Source: Octopus vulgaris (taxonomy: Eukaryota). From it: a DNA stretch of 64,000 nt. The stretch covers positions 67,456,001-67,520,000 of the forward strand of contig OX597814.1 of NCBI GenBank assembly GCA_951406725.2, in the 5' to 3' direction. The notes beneath the pieces were generated by a model. It did no database searches, had not been told where the DNA came from, and worked only from the letters and a program-made list of their open reading frames with translations. Below are positions 13,891-27,663 of the stretch, in pieces (within the stretch, counting starts at the first letter, position 1; every line of letters begins with the position of its first letter). A program made the position numbers and the translations under genes.

Positions 13891-14386
13891 AATGCAGGAA
13901 GATCCTAGCTTTTCAAAACCCTAACTAAACATTCACCAACATAACAAATTTCCTCAAAAAGTTTGTAAAAATGTGAATATTTAATTAGGATAAAGAAACT
14001 GCAGGTCTCATTGTAGTTCATAAATATTCTGATTCTTACTGGTATCCTGATTCTTCCATATAGTTATTCAATGCAATCTGCACCCGATATATATATATTG
14101 CAAGCAGGTTAGTGATCCCCTACCATCTTCCAGTCACGAGACTACCAGGCCGAATGGTTTCGAACTCTTTGTGGTTATTCTCGATGGTGGATACTCACCC
14201 GCTGGAGATAGCTATAGTTCACTCCAGCTCGCAATATGTATCGAGTACAGATTGCAAGGAGGCGTCTCCTTGGGGTGAAAAATAGCAGTAACGCCTAAAC
14301 AGCCATGTTTAATCGGCAATAGACAATACTTCTCAGTATAGTTAATGCTCTCGTCTCTTATAGAGATGTTCTAACTGGCTAATTTG

Positions 14387-14476
<90 letters not shown>

Positions 14477-14578
14477 GGAGTAAACACATAAATGTGAAAC
14501 AAGGTGGAAAAAAGAGTACTCAAATACCAGTGGTAGAGTAATATGCTTTATTTAAAGCAGCAGAAAATTCAACTAAAT

Positions 14579-14616
14579 CTGTTACTCTGAGTTTCTCGTT
14601 GCCGTTCATCAGACAG
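14579..14616 (-). ncRNA. Minimal type I hammerhead motif inside a foldback
   Basis: CTGT-CTGATGA-ACGGCAACGA-GAA-ACTC-A-GAGT-A-ACAG. Confidence 0.65.
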
Positions 14617-14687
14617 TTTTGCTGATGAACGGCAACGAGAAACTCAGAGTAACAGATTTTGTTGAATTTTCTGCTGCTTTAAATAAA

Positions 14688-14723
<36 letters not shown>

Positions 14724-14727
<4 letters not shown>

Positions 14728-15305
14728 CATAAGGGGGATCAGCCATCTGAATGTGGCTAGGGTCAGGGCGGGGTGGTGGGGGTGTTACTGATGCATTTAG
14801 CCCCAGGCGAACATCAACGTCACCAGAAGAGCTGACACCATCTCGGTGTCCTTGCCAGCCTGCAAAGGGAGATCAGCTTCCCCAAAGATACGGATACTAC
14901 ATACGGACCGGTTTCGAGGTTATTGCCTCTTGTCAACGTATGGTAAGCACCGCTCTTCGTTGAGGGACTTCCTCTACAGGCTGGATATATAGATTTTCAC
15001 AGTAACCACAGTCACTGGCGTAGAAAATCCGTTCGAAAACAATAATAAATCTCTGAGTGAGATATAAACAGTAACTGCTCTATAACATAAGGGGGATCAG
15101 CCATCTGAATGTGGCTAGGGTCAGGGCGGGGTGGTGGGGGTGTTACTGATGCATTTAGCCCCAGGCGAACATCAACGTCACCAGAAGAGCTGACACCATC
15201 TCGGTGTCCTTGCCAGCCTGCAAAGGGAGATCAGCCTCCCCGAAGATACGGATACTACATACGGACCGGTTTCGAGGTTATTGCCTCTTGTCAACGTATG
15301 GTAAC
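14724..15305 (-). repeat. 358-bp-period direct repeat carrying one hammerhead per copy (retrozyme/PLE pLTR-like)
   Basis: 14724-14946 and 15082-15305 nearly identical; motif CATACG-TTGACAA-GAGG..CCTC-GAAACCGGTC-CGTATG at 14900-14942 and 15258-15300. Confidence 0.75.
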
Positions 15306-15461
15306 CAGCCGAAATTGCAAAGATAATCTGGAACTCGACTGAGAATAGAAAACTCCGAATGATCCGTCCATGTTTTCTTTGTATCGGCTGTCTGGATGTT
15401 TTGTTGTCCCTTTTTTGTATACCTAACTGTCTGGATGTTTTGCGTTCTTGTCCCATTATCG

Positions 15462-15492
<31 letters not shown>

Positions 15493-16283
15493 TATATATA
15501 TATATATATATATATAGAATAATGATACAACAACGCACATTTGTATTGCAATATTTAATTCATATATACATATATTGTCGTTCACTTAACATTTTATATA
15601 TATGTTATGTGAGCGATGATATTTTGAAAACAAATGTGTTTAATATTTAATTTGATATACATACCTATCTATATACTACTAAATATCTGCGATTACTTGC
15701 TTTCGTGCGTGCTTGCGTGTGTGTTTGCATGCTTGTGTGCGTGTTTGTCTGTCATTGAATACAGCCAAACCGGTGCATAATGGGAACATACTCTGAAAGT
15801 AACGCAACCCTGAAATATCAATACAAACGGAATAAAACAAGTTTTGCATAAATTGGACCACAGATTCCCGTGATACGCAATTTTTTGGTGGGCACCTTCA
15901 TCAATACGGGGGACACCGTCAAAACGGCGCATAATGAGTATATAACCCTGAAATGTGAATGTATAAAACTATGAAAATTGTTTCCATTAATTTTATATTT
16001 ACGTTATATAACGACTTCTTTTGCATTTTAGTAGAAGTGTGCACATATACCATAAATAAATGCTGTTACTGGAATTCAAGTTTATCCCGGATGGTGTATT
16101 TCTATTAGATGCTGTAAATAATCAATAAACCCATAAACATAAACTTATAAACCAGACCTATGATGAGACGAACGAATTGAAATATTTAACTGAATCAACA
16201 TAAAATCAACTTTCATTTCAATGCAATATTGAAATCAACTTCAATGTTTTATAATGTGAATCGTCAGTGAAACAACGGTCAAG

Positions 16284-16334
<51 letters not shown>

Positions 16335-16577
16335 TATAAATGTATATTCTGTTTGTGGGGATGAAACTTAAAACCTAAATACAATCTACGATAAATAATT
16401 TGCAGCTATATTTTGATTAAGATATCAGCGTCTTCAGAATTAAACGTTTGAATGCAATTGGCCCGCTTTTAGCGTCTCTGGCTGTCACCCACTCTCACTC
16501 TATTTGTTAATTTACTCCTCTTTTTCCAGCATGACCGATGGGACACACATTGCATTTTATTATATGTAAGATATATA

Positions 16578-17845
16578 CGAGGGGCATTCAATAAGTAATG
16601 CCCCTGACCCACTTGCAGTTGTTTGATCTAGTTGAAATTTTTCATGTGCACTTATTTATACCTCTATAGATTAAGTGGCGAATTACAGCTCTGAACTAAT
16701 TGTGGTTTCTGATTTACAGGTGTTTGAACTGAGTCAAGTGTGAAATGGAGCCTGTTGAGTGTCGAGCAGTGATCCGGTTTTTGTATTTGAAAGGACGCAC
16801 ACCACGGGAGACTTTTGATGAAATGAAAGTAACTTATGGTGATGATGCCCCATCATATGACCTTGTAAAATGCTGGCATTGTGAATTCAAACATAGTCGG
16901 AACTCTGTGGAAACAGCTCCCAGATTTGGTCGCCCCTTCTGCCGTTGATGAGACGTCTGTCCGTCAAGTTGAGGCTGCCATTTTGGAAGGTCAACGCATA
17001 ACTATTCGCCAAATAGCCCATAAGGTCAAGATTAGTACCGGGTCTGTGGAAACTATAATTCATGACCATTTGCATATGCAAAAGGTGTCTGCCAGATGGA
17101 TTTCCAGGTTGCTCACACCTTTCCAGAAGCAAGAACGCGTCGAGTGCTCGAGGATGAATTTGGAGATGTGCCAAGAAGATGAGTCAAAATTTTTCAAAGA
17201 CTGATCATACAGGATAAAACCTGGGTCCATCACTATGATCCATAGACCAAAGCCCAGTCAATGCAGTGAAAGCACCGTGACTCACCTCCTCCAAAGAAGG
17301 CAAGGGTGCAGCCCTCCGCTGACAAGGTTATGCTCACAGTCTTCTGGGACCAGGACGGAGTAGTGATGACAGATTTCCTGGCAAAGGGTACCACAATTAC
17401 AGGAACCTATTATGCTTCACTTTTCAGGAAATTAAGAGAAGCTATCAAAATCAAGAGGCGGGGCAAGATCAGCAAAGGCATCCTCCTCCTGCAGGACAAC
17501 GCTCCGGTCCACAACTCGCGTGTCGCCAGATCAGAAGCACAGGCGTGCAGCTATGAATTCCTCCCCTTGCACCCTCTGATTTTCACCTCTTCCCAGCCAT
17601 GAAGTTGATTTTGAAAGGAAAGCGTTTCCCAGATGATGCAGCCTTGATTTCTGAAGTCACGTCGTGGTTGGAGGACCAAGCTGGGGTCTTCTACAAAAAC
17701 GGTCTCCAGAGCTGTATCAAACGATGGGAGAAATGCATAACTCTGGGTAGTTCCTATGTAGGAAAAGACTAATAACTGTGCCAAGTGTCGTTGCTCTACT
17801 GCTATGGGAAGTGGGTCAGGGGCATTACTTATTGAACGCCCCTCG
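16578..17845 (+). mobile_element. Full-length mariner transposon, inactivated transposase (about 16745-17772)
   Basis: TIRs CGAGGGGCATTCAATAAGTAATGCCCCTGACCCACTT, TA TSD, WISRLL and LLQDNAPVH motifs; frameshifts and stops. Confidence 0.95.
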
Positions 17846-18137
17846 TACCATAAAGAAATATATATGTAAGATATATACGTCCGCGCCCGCGCACGAAACA
17901 CACACATATTTGTCCACAAATATTCTCATTCTCACTGGTTATTCACACCTGCAAGTCAGATGCGCTCTACGAGTGCGCGGAGTTTTCTATTCTGTCAGAA
18001 TTATTCAAAAACATGTTCCCAAAATATTATTTCAATATATTATATAAAACGTTTTAACATCAAATTTAACCTTTAAATTGTTAATAATAGTTCTTTCTCT
18101 TCAAATTTTATTCTATTCTATTTGCATTCTATACTAG

Positions 18138-18191
18138 AGGAGCTGCCATCAGAGGCCGAGCTGGAGCAGACATCGGAAATAGAAATGCCAA
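18138..18191 (+). CDS. Host gene cassette exon (54 nt, phase 1-1): EELPSEAELEQTSEIEMP
   Basis: Long pyrimidine tract, atactag|AGGAG...ATGCCAA|gtatga. Confidence 0.75.
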
Positions 18192-18214
18192 GTATGATTT
18201 ATTTATCTATCTTC

Positions 18215-18245
<31 letters not shown>

Positions 18246-18259
18246 GACCAGACTATCAG

Positions 18260-18480
18260 ATGCTGTTATACATAGCTGGTTACAATGCGCTATGCATTGT
18301 TTTAGCCTTCAAATTACGCCACCCTGCTGGCCACATTCCCTCACCCCACCGATCGAGAAGGAAGTGCCTGGAGCAGCATGAAATAAAGTATTTTGCCCAA
18401 GAACACAACGCGCCACCCGGTCTGGAAATTGAACCCACGATCTAGCGACCGTGGGTGCAAACACCTTACCACTAGGTCAG
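18260..18480 (-). mobile_element. SINE, family B-related head
   Basis: Similar to the head of 22998-23320 (AACACAACGCG, GAACCCACGAT, CTTACCACTAGG). Confidence 0.6.
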
Positions 18481-18699
18481 GCGTGTATATATATATATAT
18501 ATATATATATACATGTGTGTGTGTGTCCGTTCACACATACATACATATACTTCATCTAAACATATATATGTATATATATGTGCATGAGAGTACGTACATA
18601 CATGTCGTTTTGTATTTGTGCTTCGAGATTATTGATGTGCAAGTAAACCATTAACACTTTTAATGTACTCCCCGTACTTAGATGATACAAATATCGTAG

Positions 18700-19190
18700 T
18701 TAAAATAACTTCACAAAATATCACCCTAAAATTAGATAAGAGTGCTATGGAGAGCATCCAGCAAGTAGTCGACTCCATCCTCCAGTGCATCAAAATAATG
18801 ATTGACTACCCCCACAAAATACTTTCAAAATAAACTATTTATCCTAGAGATTTCAAGCAGTGAGTAATAAGGTACAAATCATTCATTCGCAGTACGTAAA
18901 CTTATGGTCTCCAAATATCTAATTCACCTGAGGTCTGCTATATCAGAAAAGGAAAACTAAACATCCTGATAGCGGATCTAGTTAGAGTTGTGAGAAACAT
19001 GTCTAACATATGTCAGCCCAACTAAATACAAAAGCTTTTATCACATTTCATCTATCACATGCAACTCTCCAGTTATAACCAACAAGAAAAAAGAATCAAG
19101 GTATTCAAAGTAACAAGGAAGAGCTTAGAAATTATCATCAGTAACAATGCGAATGGCGTATGCCCTATGTATAGAAGCAAGTTCTGTCAT
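18700..19190 (+). mobile_element. Decayed Penelope-like fragment, paralog of 8565-9671
   Basis: MESIQQVVDSI, SKYLIH, LNILIADLVRVVRNMS, NGVCPMYRSK. Confidence 0.8.
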
Positions 19191-19207
19191 AGATTAGATA
19201 TATATAG

Positions 19208-19830
19208 GAAACTAGTTGCCTAGAGCGTTATGCTTTTTTATGCAAATTTCTCGTTTTACTCGTTCCGGTCCCATTTCGCCGTGATGCGGTCGAACAACTA
19301 GCCTCCTCCCGTTGGAACCACTGGCCGCAGGTCCACACGGTCGGGTGGTAATACCCAACCAGGTTGCGAAATTTATTGTTCCATCCATCACAAATGTTGT
19401 TCTTGTGCGGATTTCCATTTACTGTGGCGTCGTATTGATTCTACAACTCCGGCGGAAACATGGGTGGAACGTGGCGAAGATCCAAAACCAATCCACCTGC
19501 GTCGCGTTGACGATATGAGCCAAAGACAGATTGAATCAAAATAGTCCAGAAGGTCCTCAGAAATTGTATCCCCGCTTGAACTTGTGGCAGTGGTAAGAAG
19601 GACAGGCAATCGAACAATCCAAGAAAATGTCGGAATTCTTCGGTGTTCGTTAAGCCTAGGTCCTGGATTTTCCGCCATGTGCTTTGAGTCAAATGATAAA
19701 AGCAACCCGACTGTGGACATTCTGCCCCAAAACGACTTGCACGGCGCAAAGAACGGCATATAAGTAGTAACAATACTAGGCGGTAACATTTTTTTGCCAC
19801 TTAACATGGCTGTTCTATAAAGAACTAAGT
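19208..19830 (-). mobile_element. MULE/Mutator transposase fragment
   Basis: GCFYHLTQSTWRKIQDLGL, LSFLP, DLLDYFDS, PPMFPPEL, NNICDGWNNKF...HPTVW. Confidence 0.8.
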
Positions 19831-20288
19831 TACTACATTTTAACCAGAGGAGAACGTTTGTTCTAGCTGGTTAACAACACAGAGCCTGTATCCGATATAT
19901 TGTAATCACTCCCCTCCAGCTTGACAAGATCAGTAGACCATTCTTTACACTTCAACAATACTGGATATCTGCCTGCTAGAGATGGTACTTCAGATCTGGT
20001 GTTAGAAAAAAAATCAGTCTCGTCTTATAATTCATTCAAAACAAATCAAATAAAAAAATTAAAAACAGCAAAACCAGGGTAACAGAGAAAATTTCTCATA
20101 GGAAAACGAAAACACAAGATCATATTACATCCAAACTCAAACTTACAGAGCAGTCTTGAATATTTACAACTACACATCTTTGTTGGCTATCTTTACGAAA
20201 TCATTTAAAAAAAAAAAAAAAATTCTAAAGGATATTGGACAATGTTGCATTTTGTTAACACTTTATTTCGTATGTATTGTTTTTGTAG

Positions 20289-20366
20289 TATTTGAGAGGA
20301 CTGGACCACGAAATTCCGAGTCGGCTAATACAAACGACCCTCGAAGAGAAGTTGAGCTAAATGCAG
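20289..20366 (+). CDS. Host gene cassette exon (78 nt, phase 1-1): xFERTGPRNSESANTNDPRREVELNA
   Basis: tttttgtag|TATTT...ATGCAG|gtatga; open frame. Confidence 0.7.
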
Positions 20367-20397
20367 GTATGAATTATACATACATACATACATACAT

Positions 20398-20439
<42 letters not shown>

Positions 20440-20499
20440 GGACGAAATAGCAGGACTTAACCGTAGTGTACTAGACTACCAGAAATTTTTTTGATAGTA

Positions 20500-21540
20500 T
20501 AACATGGCAGCAGCAACTCGGTAAGATAGATGCTCGAACTCATAAGCTGCTCAGCGTAACAGAAAACTTCAGCATTAGTGGAAATGTAGACAGGCTATAC
20601 TTCCCCGCATGAATGGTGGCTGTAGTCTTAAATCCGTATTGACGTCATATGAAGCTCGTACTGTAACACTGAAGCAACATCTTCAGCAGAGGAAAGAAAC
20701 CAGTAGCTATCTTACCCAACTTCAAGACACTGAAAACAACAGCATAATTAGGATAGCTAATGAATTTGTGGAGAGACATGAAATAAGAGCTGATACAGAT
20801 CTCTCCCCTAGGAGCATTCGTAAAATCTGTTTATCACATGAACAAAACAAAAGAAATGGAGCAGTTTACTGCGAAGATAGTACATGGGTGCTTGACACAA
20901 AAAAACACGAACCAAAGAAGGAATTGGTCATGTCAAAAGCTTGGCATGGAGAACCACTTTGAAGGTTATCTCTATGCAATTCAAGAACAAGAAATCCCCA
21001 CCAAGTACCTACAGCATAAAAGTCAGAAGACACTGAATAGACAACAAATGTAGGTTGTGTAAGATCGAGATTGAAGACATCAACCATATTATCTGGAACA
21101 AGATAACAAAAATAAAAATGCCTACAGGCGAAGTTGACTATATCGAAATCGATAGATCAAAAGAATACTGGTAGAACTTAAAAATTTAAACAACCACCAA
21201 TTTAAAACTTAACCGGCTAGATATTTTTGTGTGGGACCACAAGGAAAACATATGTTCTATTGTGGAAATCAGCTTCCCTCCGGACACTAATGTGGTTAGA
21301 AAAATACAAGAGAAAGAGGACGTCTATAGACTATTGATAGTGAGTTTGCAAATCCAGTACCCAAGATACACTTTCAGCTTCATACGTATTATCATTGGAG
21401 CAACAGGAAACGGACTAACTCATCTGGAGCAACATATGGCTGAACTTGGATTCTTGGAGGAGAGAATTTTAGTTTACAGACTAATGATCACGATATCCGA
21501 GACTATAAAAATCTGCAAGACTTTAAGATTTAAAGGATGA
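20500..21540 (+). mobile_element. R4/Dong-like non-LTR retrotransposon 3' fragment with REL endonuclease
   Basis: VDRLYFPRMNGGCSL, EGYLYAIQEQEIPT, WDHKENICSIVEISFP..NV..K..EK..Y, IIIGATG. Confidence 0.75.
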
Positions 21541-22806
21541 TGAACAAAACAAGATGTTTTCCTTCAAAACCACGCAACCAAGCAGGTGGCCGGTCAAAAT
21601 TTACTCTAAAATCCTTTCGAGTTTGATAAAATAAGTACCAGTTGATTACTGAGGTCTATCTAATCGATAAACTCCTTCTTCGAAATTGGTGGCCTTGTCC
21701 CAAATTTTGAAATCAATGTACATCTTAAATGCCTTATTTTTATGGCTTCACTTTCTTTACTTCCTCTTCATCCCCCCTCGCTTTTTTTGTTTTATTGTGA
21801 AGCACTGTGACTCCAAATTCAAATAATGATTTCCGCACTCATCGTAAAGGTCTGACAACATAGACAACAGTGTCACAGACAACAGTGAACCACAACATAG
21901 CGTGTAGTTGTCATGGTAACCAAGCTGCTAATGAAACGCGGTCTGTTGATTGGCTAAAATTACCCAAATTTAATGCCAAATAACATCTGATTCTTTAATT
22001 TACGAGATAAAGTAATTGGTTGATCGTAATCAAAATTCAGAGTTGCATCGATACACCAAAATTGAAAGCAATCTGAGCAAAATTAAGTGGCGGAGGGAAA
22101 CTCATTTTGCGAATGAGAAAGACTAGATCCTGCATTTGTATGGTACTATGTATATATGTATGAAGAGGGAGACAGAGAGAGGAGGAGAGGAGAAAGTAAA
22201 ATAGATGGCACTTACAAGGCTTGTGGTTTTTTCTCATTTTTTAAAATTTTGAATTCACCAGTGTAAAAATAACAGAAAATCAAGGTTGATAGAAGTGTGT
22301 GTGTGTGTGTGTGTGTGATACATGCGGATCGGTAGGAAATATATAATGCTGTCAGTATACTGAAATATTCAGAGCTGTGGAGAAAGTAGATGTGGCAGGG
22401 CAACTACAATGTTATTAATAACCTTACCTAACATTGTAGTTGCCCTGCCACATCTACTTTCTCCACAGCTCTGAATATTTCAGTATACTGACAGCATTAT
22501 ATATTTCCACACACACACACACACACACACAGGAGTATTTCTTAAACCATTAGCTTCACATTTCAACAGCTTAACTAAAATTTAGCCCACGCAACAGGAA
22601 TGGAGAGAGATATCGTGGAACAAAGAAACTGTAGGTGATACAGATAATTTGACATTATTTTTGAATTCTACTTGCAAAAACGTATAAGATGCAGGTATTC
22701 TTTTCCTTGAGACAAATTCTTTGTTGACCAGTGTTATTCTTATCGTAGTTTACAACCCAAGCATGAAAACGTTACTCAACTTTGGAGTTTTGGGGATAGA
22801 CATCCC

Positions 22807-22885
<79 letters not shown>

Positions 22886-22997
22886 GAATGCATATATGTA
22901 CATATAAATTTATATATGAATACTTACATCCACATATATTAATGATGTACACAAATACATGACAGGTATACATAATACTGAATTTTTTTTTTTTTTA

Positions 22998-23320
22998 AAG
23001 ACTCCGCCGGTTACGACGACGAGGGTCCCAGCTGATACGATCAACGGAACAGCTTGCTCGTGAAATTAACGTGCAAATGGCTGAGCATTCCACAGACACG
23101 TGTACCCTTAACGTAGTTCTCGGGAATAATCAGCGTGACACAGAGAGTGACAAGGCTGACCCTTTGAAATACAAGTACAACTCATTTTTGCCAGCTGAGT
23201 GGACTGGAGCAACGTGAAATAAAGTGTCTTGCTCAAGGACACAACGCGTCGCCGGGAATCGAACTCACAACCTTACGATCATGAGCCGAATGCCCTAACC
23301 ACTAAGCCACGCGCCCTCAC
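22998..23320 (-). mobile_element. SINE family B variant
   Basis: tRNA-like head and body shared with 7606-7979. Confidence 0.85.
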
Positions 23321-23976
23321 TAATACTGAAATATGCATAAAGTAAACACATGCAGATAAATATATTAATATAACAAATTAAAAAAAATGATAAAATCATA
23401 CAATCACCGAAGAAACAAAAGAAACATTAAGATGATACATGTTGATTTTATTAGGTATTCCTGCTTATTTAGAAACCTACAACGAACAGGTCAGATGCTA
23501 AACTCTAAATTTCACAGTGTACAACCTTAAAGTTGACACTGCTCCGCTAAAAGCAGAAAATTTCTGTCTCGCTATTGGCTACAAAATATACAGTTTTTTT
23601 TTTTCAATTTTTAAACCACTGTAACTTTTTTCTCCAATTTTTTCTCCACAACATCATACCGTCAAAGCAATGAGAATGAAAGGCTACATTATTATAGCCG
23701 ATATTCAGATTTTTTACTGTCTTTTAAAAAGTGCATATTTTACGAATGGAAAAAAACTAGATCCCAAATGCATGCACACACCCTTACATACATACATGCA
23801 TACATGCATACATACATACATACATACATACATACATACATACATACATACATACATACATACATACATACATACATGCAATACATACATACATGCAATA
23901 CATACATGTACGCATGCATATATGTATTCGTACCTCCCTCACTACGAGCATACATTCATACATACGTTCACACACA

Positions 23977-24008
<32 letters not shown>

Positions 24009-24122
24009 GGTACAATATGCGTTTATGCATAAACACGATACTCATTTCTAACTTAAATTGCTTTCTTTCTTTCTTTCTTTCTTTTATTTATTTATTCATC
24101 TTTTTTGATACTTTGGAATTAG

Positions 24123-24176
24123 AATGCCTGCCCGATAGTACGTCGATGGAACAAAGGATGGAAATGGAAAAATCAA
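24123..24176 (+). CDS. Host gene cassette exon (54 nt, phase 1-1): ECLPDSTSMEQRMEMEKS
   Basis: ggaattag|AATGC...AATCAA|gtgagt; aligns with 18138-18191 (E.LP.....EQ..E.E). Confidence 0.75.
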
Positions 24177-24599
24177 GTGAGTCTTAATTATATATGTATG
24201 TATGTTTGTATGTATGTATGTATGTATGTATGTATGTATGTATGTATGTATGTATGTATGTATGTATGTATGTATGTATGTATGTACGTACGTACGTACG
24301 TGTGTGTATGTATGTATGTATGTATATATGTATGTATTATGTTAGTAGCTAATTACATACGCCAATGTATAAAATTTGGAATGTACTAAAGAGAAATAAA
24401 GTACTTAATATAGTTTAGTAGAACACTCATGTAAATATCCAGCTTGACGAAATTTAATAACATGAAGTAACTCTACAAAACAAATCCATATACACGAATA
24501 CAGTAATGAAAGATTAAAATGGCTATCAGTACTTTTCCATAATGTAACTGATTCACCTTTGACATACAATCTCTGATCATATATTTTAATCTTTCGAAA

Positions 24600-24689
<90 letters not shown>

Positions 24690-25349
24690 GCTAGCTATCA
24701 AATACTTCACACTCTGCTACTTTGTGCAACCATTTGATTCTCGGTATAGAGTGCAAACATCGCTGATGAAATAGCTCTAATAATTTGAGGTGCCTTCTAT
24801 ACGCTACCCAAGTCTCATATAAGTAAAGAAGGGATTAAAGCACATAAGCATTGTACACAACAACTCTTGTGTGTCTGGTAATATTTCTATTAGACGAAAC
24901 TCGCCCTTGAAGATTCTTGAAAGCCTGAGATGCTTTATGAAGACGATTCGCTATTTCATTATCTAAAGAACAAACATAATTCGCCACACTTCCAAGATAT
25001 GTGCATTTACCTACAATATCCAGTATTATGTTTTGTTGAAAAACCTCAGCTTCATAATGTGAGTTCGAAGCTGGTTAAAATATAACAATAGTGTTGTCTA
25101 GATTTATTATTAGCCCAAAATCAATACAGGATTCACCAAGTTTAATTATTGGGCGCTGCATGTCCTCTGACTGAATGGGTTACCAAGTCACAGTAATCTG
25201 CGTACATTATATATATGTGTAATGGAAATAATAATCAGAATGGCTGACAACTAAATACTGAAATTAATAAAAGAATATATACGGTTAAGTGTCTTTGATA
25301 AGTACGTTTCGTGTTTTGAAATTGCATTTCATTTATTTCTTTTCTACAG

Positions 25350-25427
25350 AAAATGAGCAGATGATAAAAGAAAATAATGCATTTCGTGAATCAAGGTTCA
25401 CTCAAAAACAAGAATTAGACATTCCGG
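25350..25427 (+). CDS. Host gene cassette exon (78 nt, phase 1-1): xNEQMIKENNAFRESRFTQKQELDIP
   Basis: ttttctacag|AAAAT...ATTCCGG|gtaata. Confidence 0.75.
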
Positions 25428-25479
25428 GTAATAATTTCCAAACTTTATGTCTCCAACATCCATAATCCCTAGAATTTCC

Positions 25480-25540
<61 letters not shown>

Positions 25541-25584
25541 CAATGATAGAAGCAATAATCGTAAAAATGTGCAATGTGACCATA

Positions 25585-25735
25585 GACGCAGGCATGGCCG
25601 TGTGGTAAGGAGTTTGCTTCCCAACCACATAGATTTGGGTTCAGTACCACTGCGTGGCACCTTGGTCAAGTATCTCTTAGTATAGTCTCGGGCCGACCAA
25701 AGCCTTGCGAGTGGATTTGGTAGACAGAAACTGTA
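25585..25735 (+). mobile_element. SINE family A head
   Basis: Matches the family consensus. Confidence 0.8.
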
Positions 25736-25842
25736 TGTATGTATATATGTATGCGTGTATATATATATCTGCGTGTGTGACTGCCAATAGGCATTATCTA
25801 TGCTAATGAAAAAAATCAAGCTAGAAAGTATCCAAAACATTA

Positions 25843-25883
<41 letters not shown>

Positions 25884-25991
25884 TACGTGCCCTCGCGCGT
25901 GTGTAATGTTTTGGATAATTCTAACTTGAGTTTTTCCTTAGCATAGGTAATGCCCATTGACAGTCATGTTAGTAACTTTCCTTGTATTACG

Positions 25992-27146
25992 CTGAAAGGA
26001 GGCCTTGGCATGCCGTGGTTACTGATGCGCAGACATGCGCTCAGGCTACGGCATCTCAAGCGTTTCCTAGACGGTGAACAGGTGTGGTCGTCTTTTGTCA
26101 GACGCGACTTTCCGCAGCTCGTCTCTTTGACAGAGCTGCAGACCTGGATCAAACGCAGACCGAGAAAGGGCGCTTGGCACCTCGAATGCCGTCAAGCTCT
26201 CTCCGCCCTCCGCCAAGCGGGCAATGCGATCGGTAGTAGTTTCACTCTAGCGTTCTATAGAGGGTTAGTGGAAGAAAAGTGCGACGACGTTCTCGGGGAA
26301 ACTCTAGGCGTTGACGATAACGAGCTGAGCAGTGTGTTCGGAAGGACTTTCGGGCCGGGGCCAATGGATAATTTCCAGAGGTCCCTCGCCTGGCAGTGTT
26401 ACCGAGGGGATCTGCCTGTTCGAGATAAACTCTACCGGCACGGAAGTGCCGTCAGCCGGACCTGCCCGAGGTACTGCCAGGACGACGAAACCGTTGTGCA
26501 CGCATTCGTCCAGTGTCCGAGTATTGCTGAACTATGGGTTTATGTCGAACAGCTACTGTCGCGTATAGGACGGATCCAGCTATCAGCTGAATCCATAGTG
26601 AAGATTGCCCCGCCGACCTCCTTTAACCGGGAGGGCAAGGCAGTTTTCCTTTGCCTAGTGGCTGTAGCGAAAGAGGTGGTATGGTGGACCCGTTTGGAAG
26701 GGCTAAGGTCAGACACTTTCCTCTTTGGCCCAGGCCTCATCAACTTTTTTCAAGTTTCACTTGAAAAGGAAGATGAGGTTAGAGAGGGAAGTGCTGTCCG
26801 ATAGCAAGTTTACTTAAAGGTGGATAAATGTCGCAAAACTGGCCAGTGTGAAAGGAGCCATTCTGAGAATACACCTGTAATTTAAAAAGGTATTACAAAA
26901 AGAGAAAGGGGTTCTCTACCCCCTTTTGACCAGGCTCCCGTTGGCTTTTATGGGTTTTTTCTACCAGGAACCTTTCATAACACCTCCCCCTATTGGGAGT
27001 TTTTCGTTGTTATAATTTTTCGTTGTTACAGTTTTTACACGTTTTTTTTTCAAACGGACAAAAAACCCTTTTTAACCTTTCGTCCTGTTTTGTCCCTTTA
27101 TGTTTTAATTAATTTTTGTCAGCCCTTGTGGCCAATAAAATAATTA

Positions 27147-27203
<57 letters not shown>
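25992..27203 (+). mobile_element. Tx1/L1-clade LINE 3' part (ORF2 C-terminus with zf-RVT) and (ATT)n tail
   Basis: GGLGMP, LPVRDKL..HG....RTCPRYCQDDETVVHAFVQCP..ELW; 3' end AGCCCTTGTGGCCAATAAA. Confidence 0.85.
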
Positions 27204-27440
27204 TTGATGATTTCATAACTTTTAAAACATCTTGGTTCCCTTATATTGGAACTACCCCCGCCCACCAAAAAACAAATTTACTCCCTAGACCAGTACTGCT
27301 TCACTCCCTTACGCACGGACTTCGTAGCCCTAAGATGGTAGATTATACGCTTTTAATAATTTGGACTTCCGGACATATTTTCTAGGTCATGTTTGCTTTC
27401 CTATTCCTTCTTTCTTTTGTTTATTTTGGATGCTTTTGTT

Positions 27441-27552
27441 TTACTCTGATGAAGCACCGTGTCCTGATTCAAATGTCCTATGAAGATGAAGAATTTTATT
27501 TTCGCAATTGATTCTAAACATTGATCGGCACCGGATGCGAAAACGGTCGTAA
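27441..27552 (+). ncRNA. Hammerhead-like motif with extended stem II
   Basis: TTACT-CTGATGA-AGCA...TGC-GAAAACGGTC-GTAA; stem III mismatched. Confidence 0.5.
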
Positions 27553-27663
27553 GATTTGCTATGTCACATAAATGTTATGCCATGTTTTGTATTAAATGAT
27601 AATGTGGTCCAATTGATGCGCTTTTTGATCTGTGGTTTTCTTAATTTTCTGATGATATATATA

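Noticed and set aside
21895-21970. Motif GTTGTCATGGTAAC...GGCTAAAATTACCCAAAT with an inverted relative near 32385-32445
   Set aside because: Probably ends of an old DNA transposon family, but boundaries and TSDs could not be defined.
24762-24790. CTGATGA heptamer (also near 62198)
   Set aside because: No matching GAAA/stem architecture, so not counted as hammerheads.
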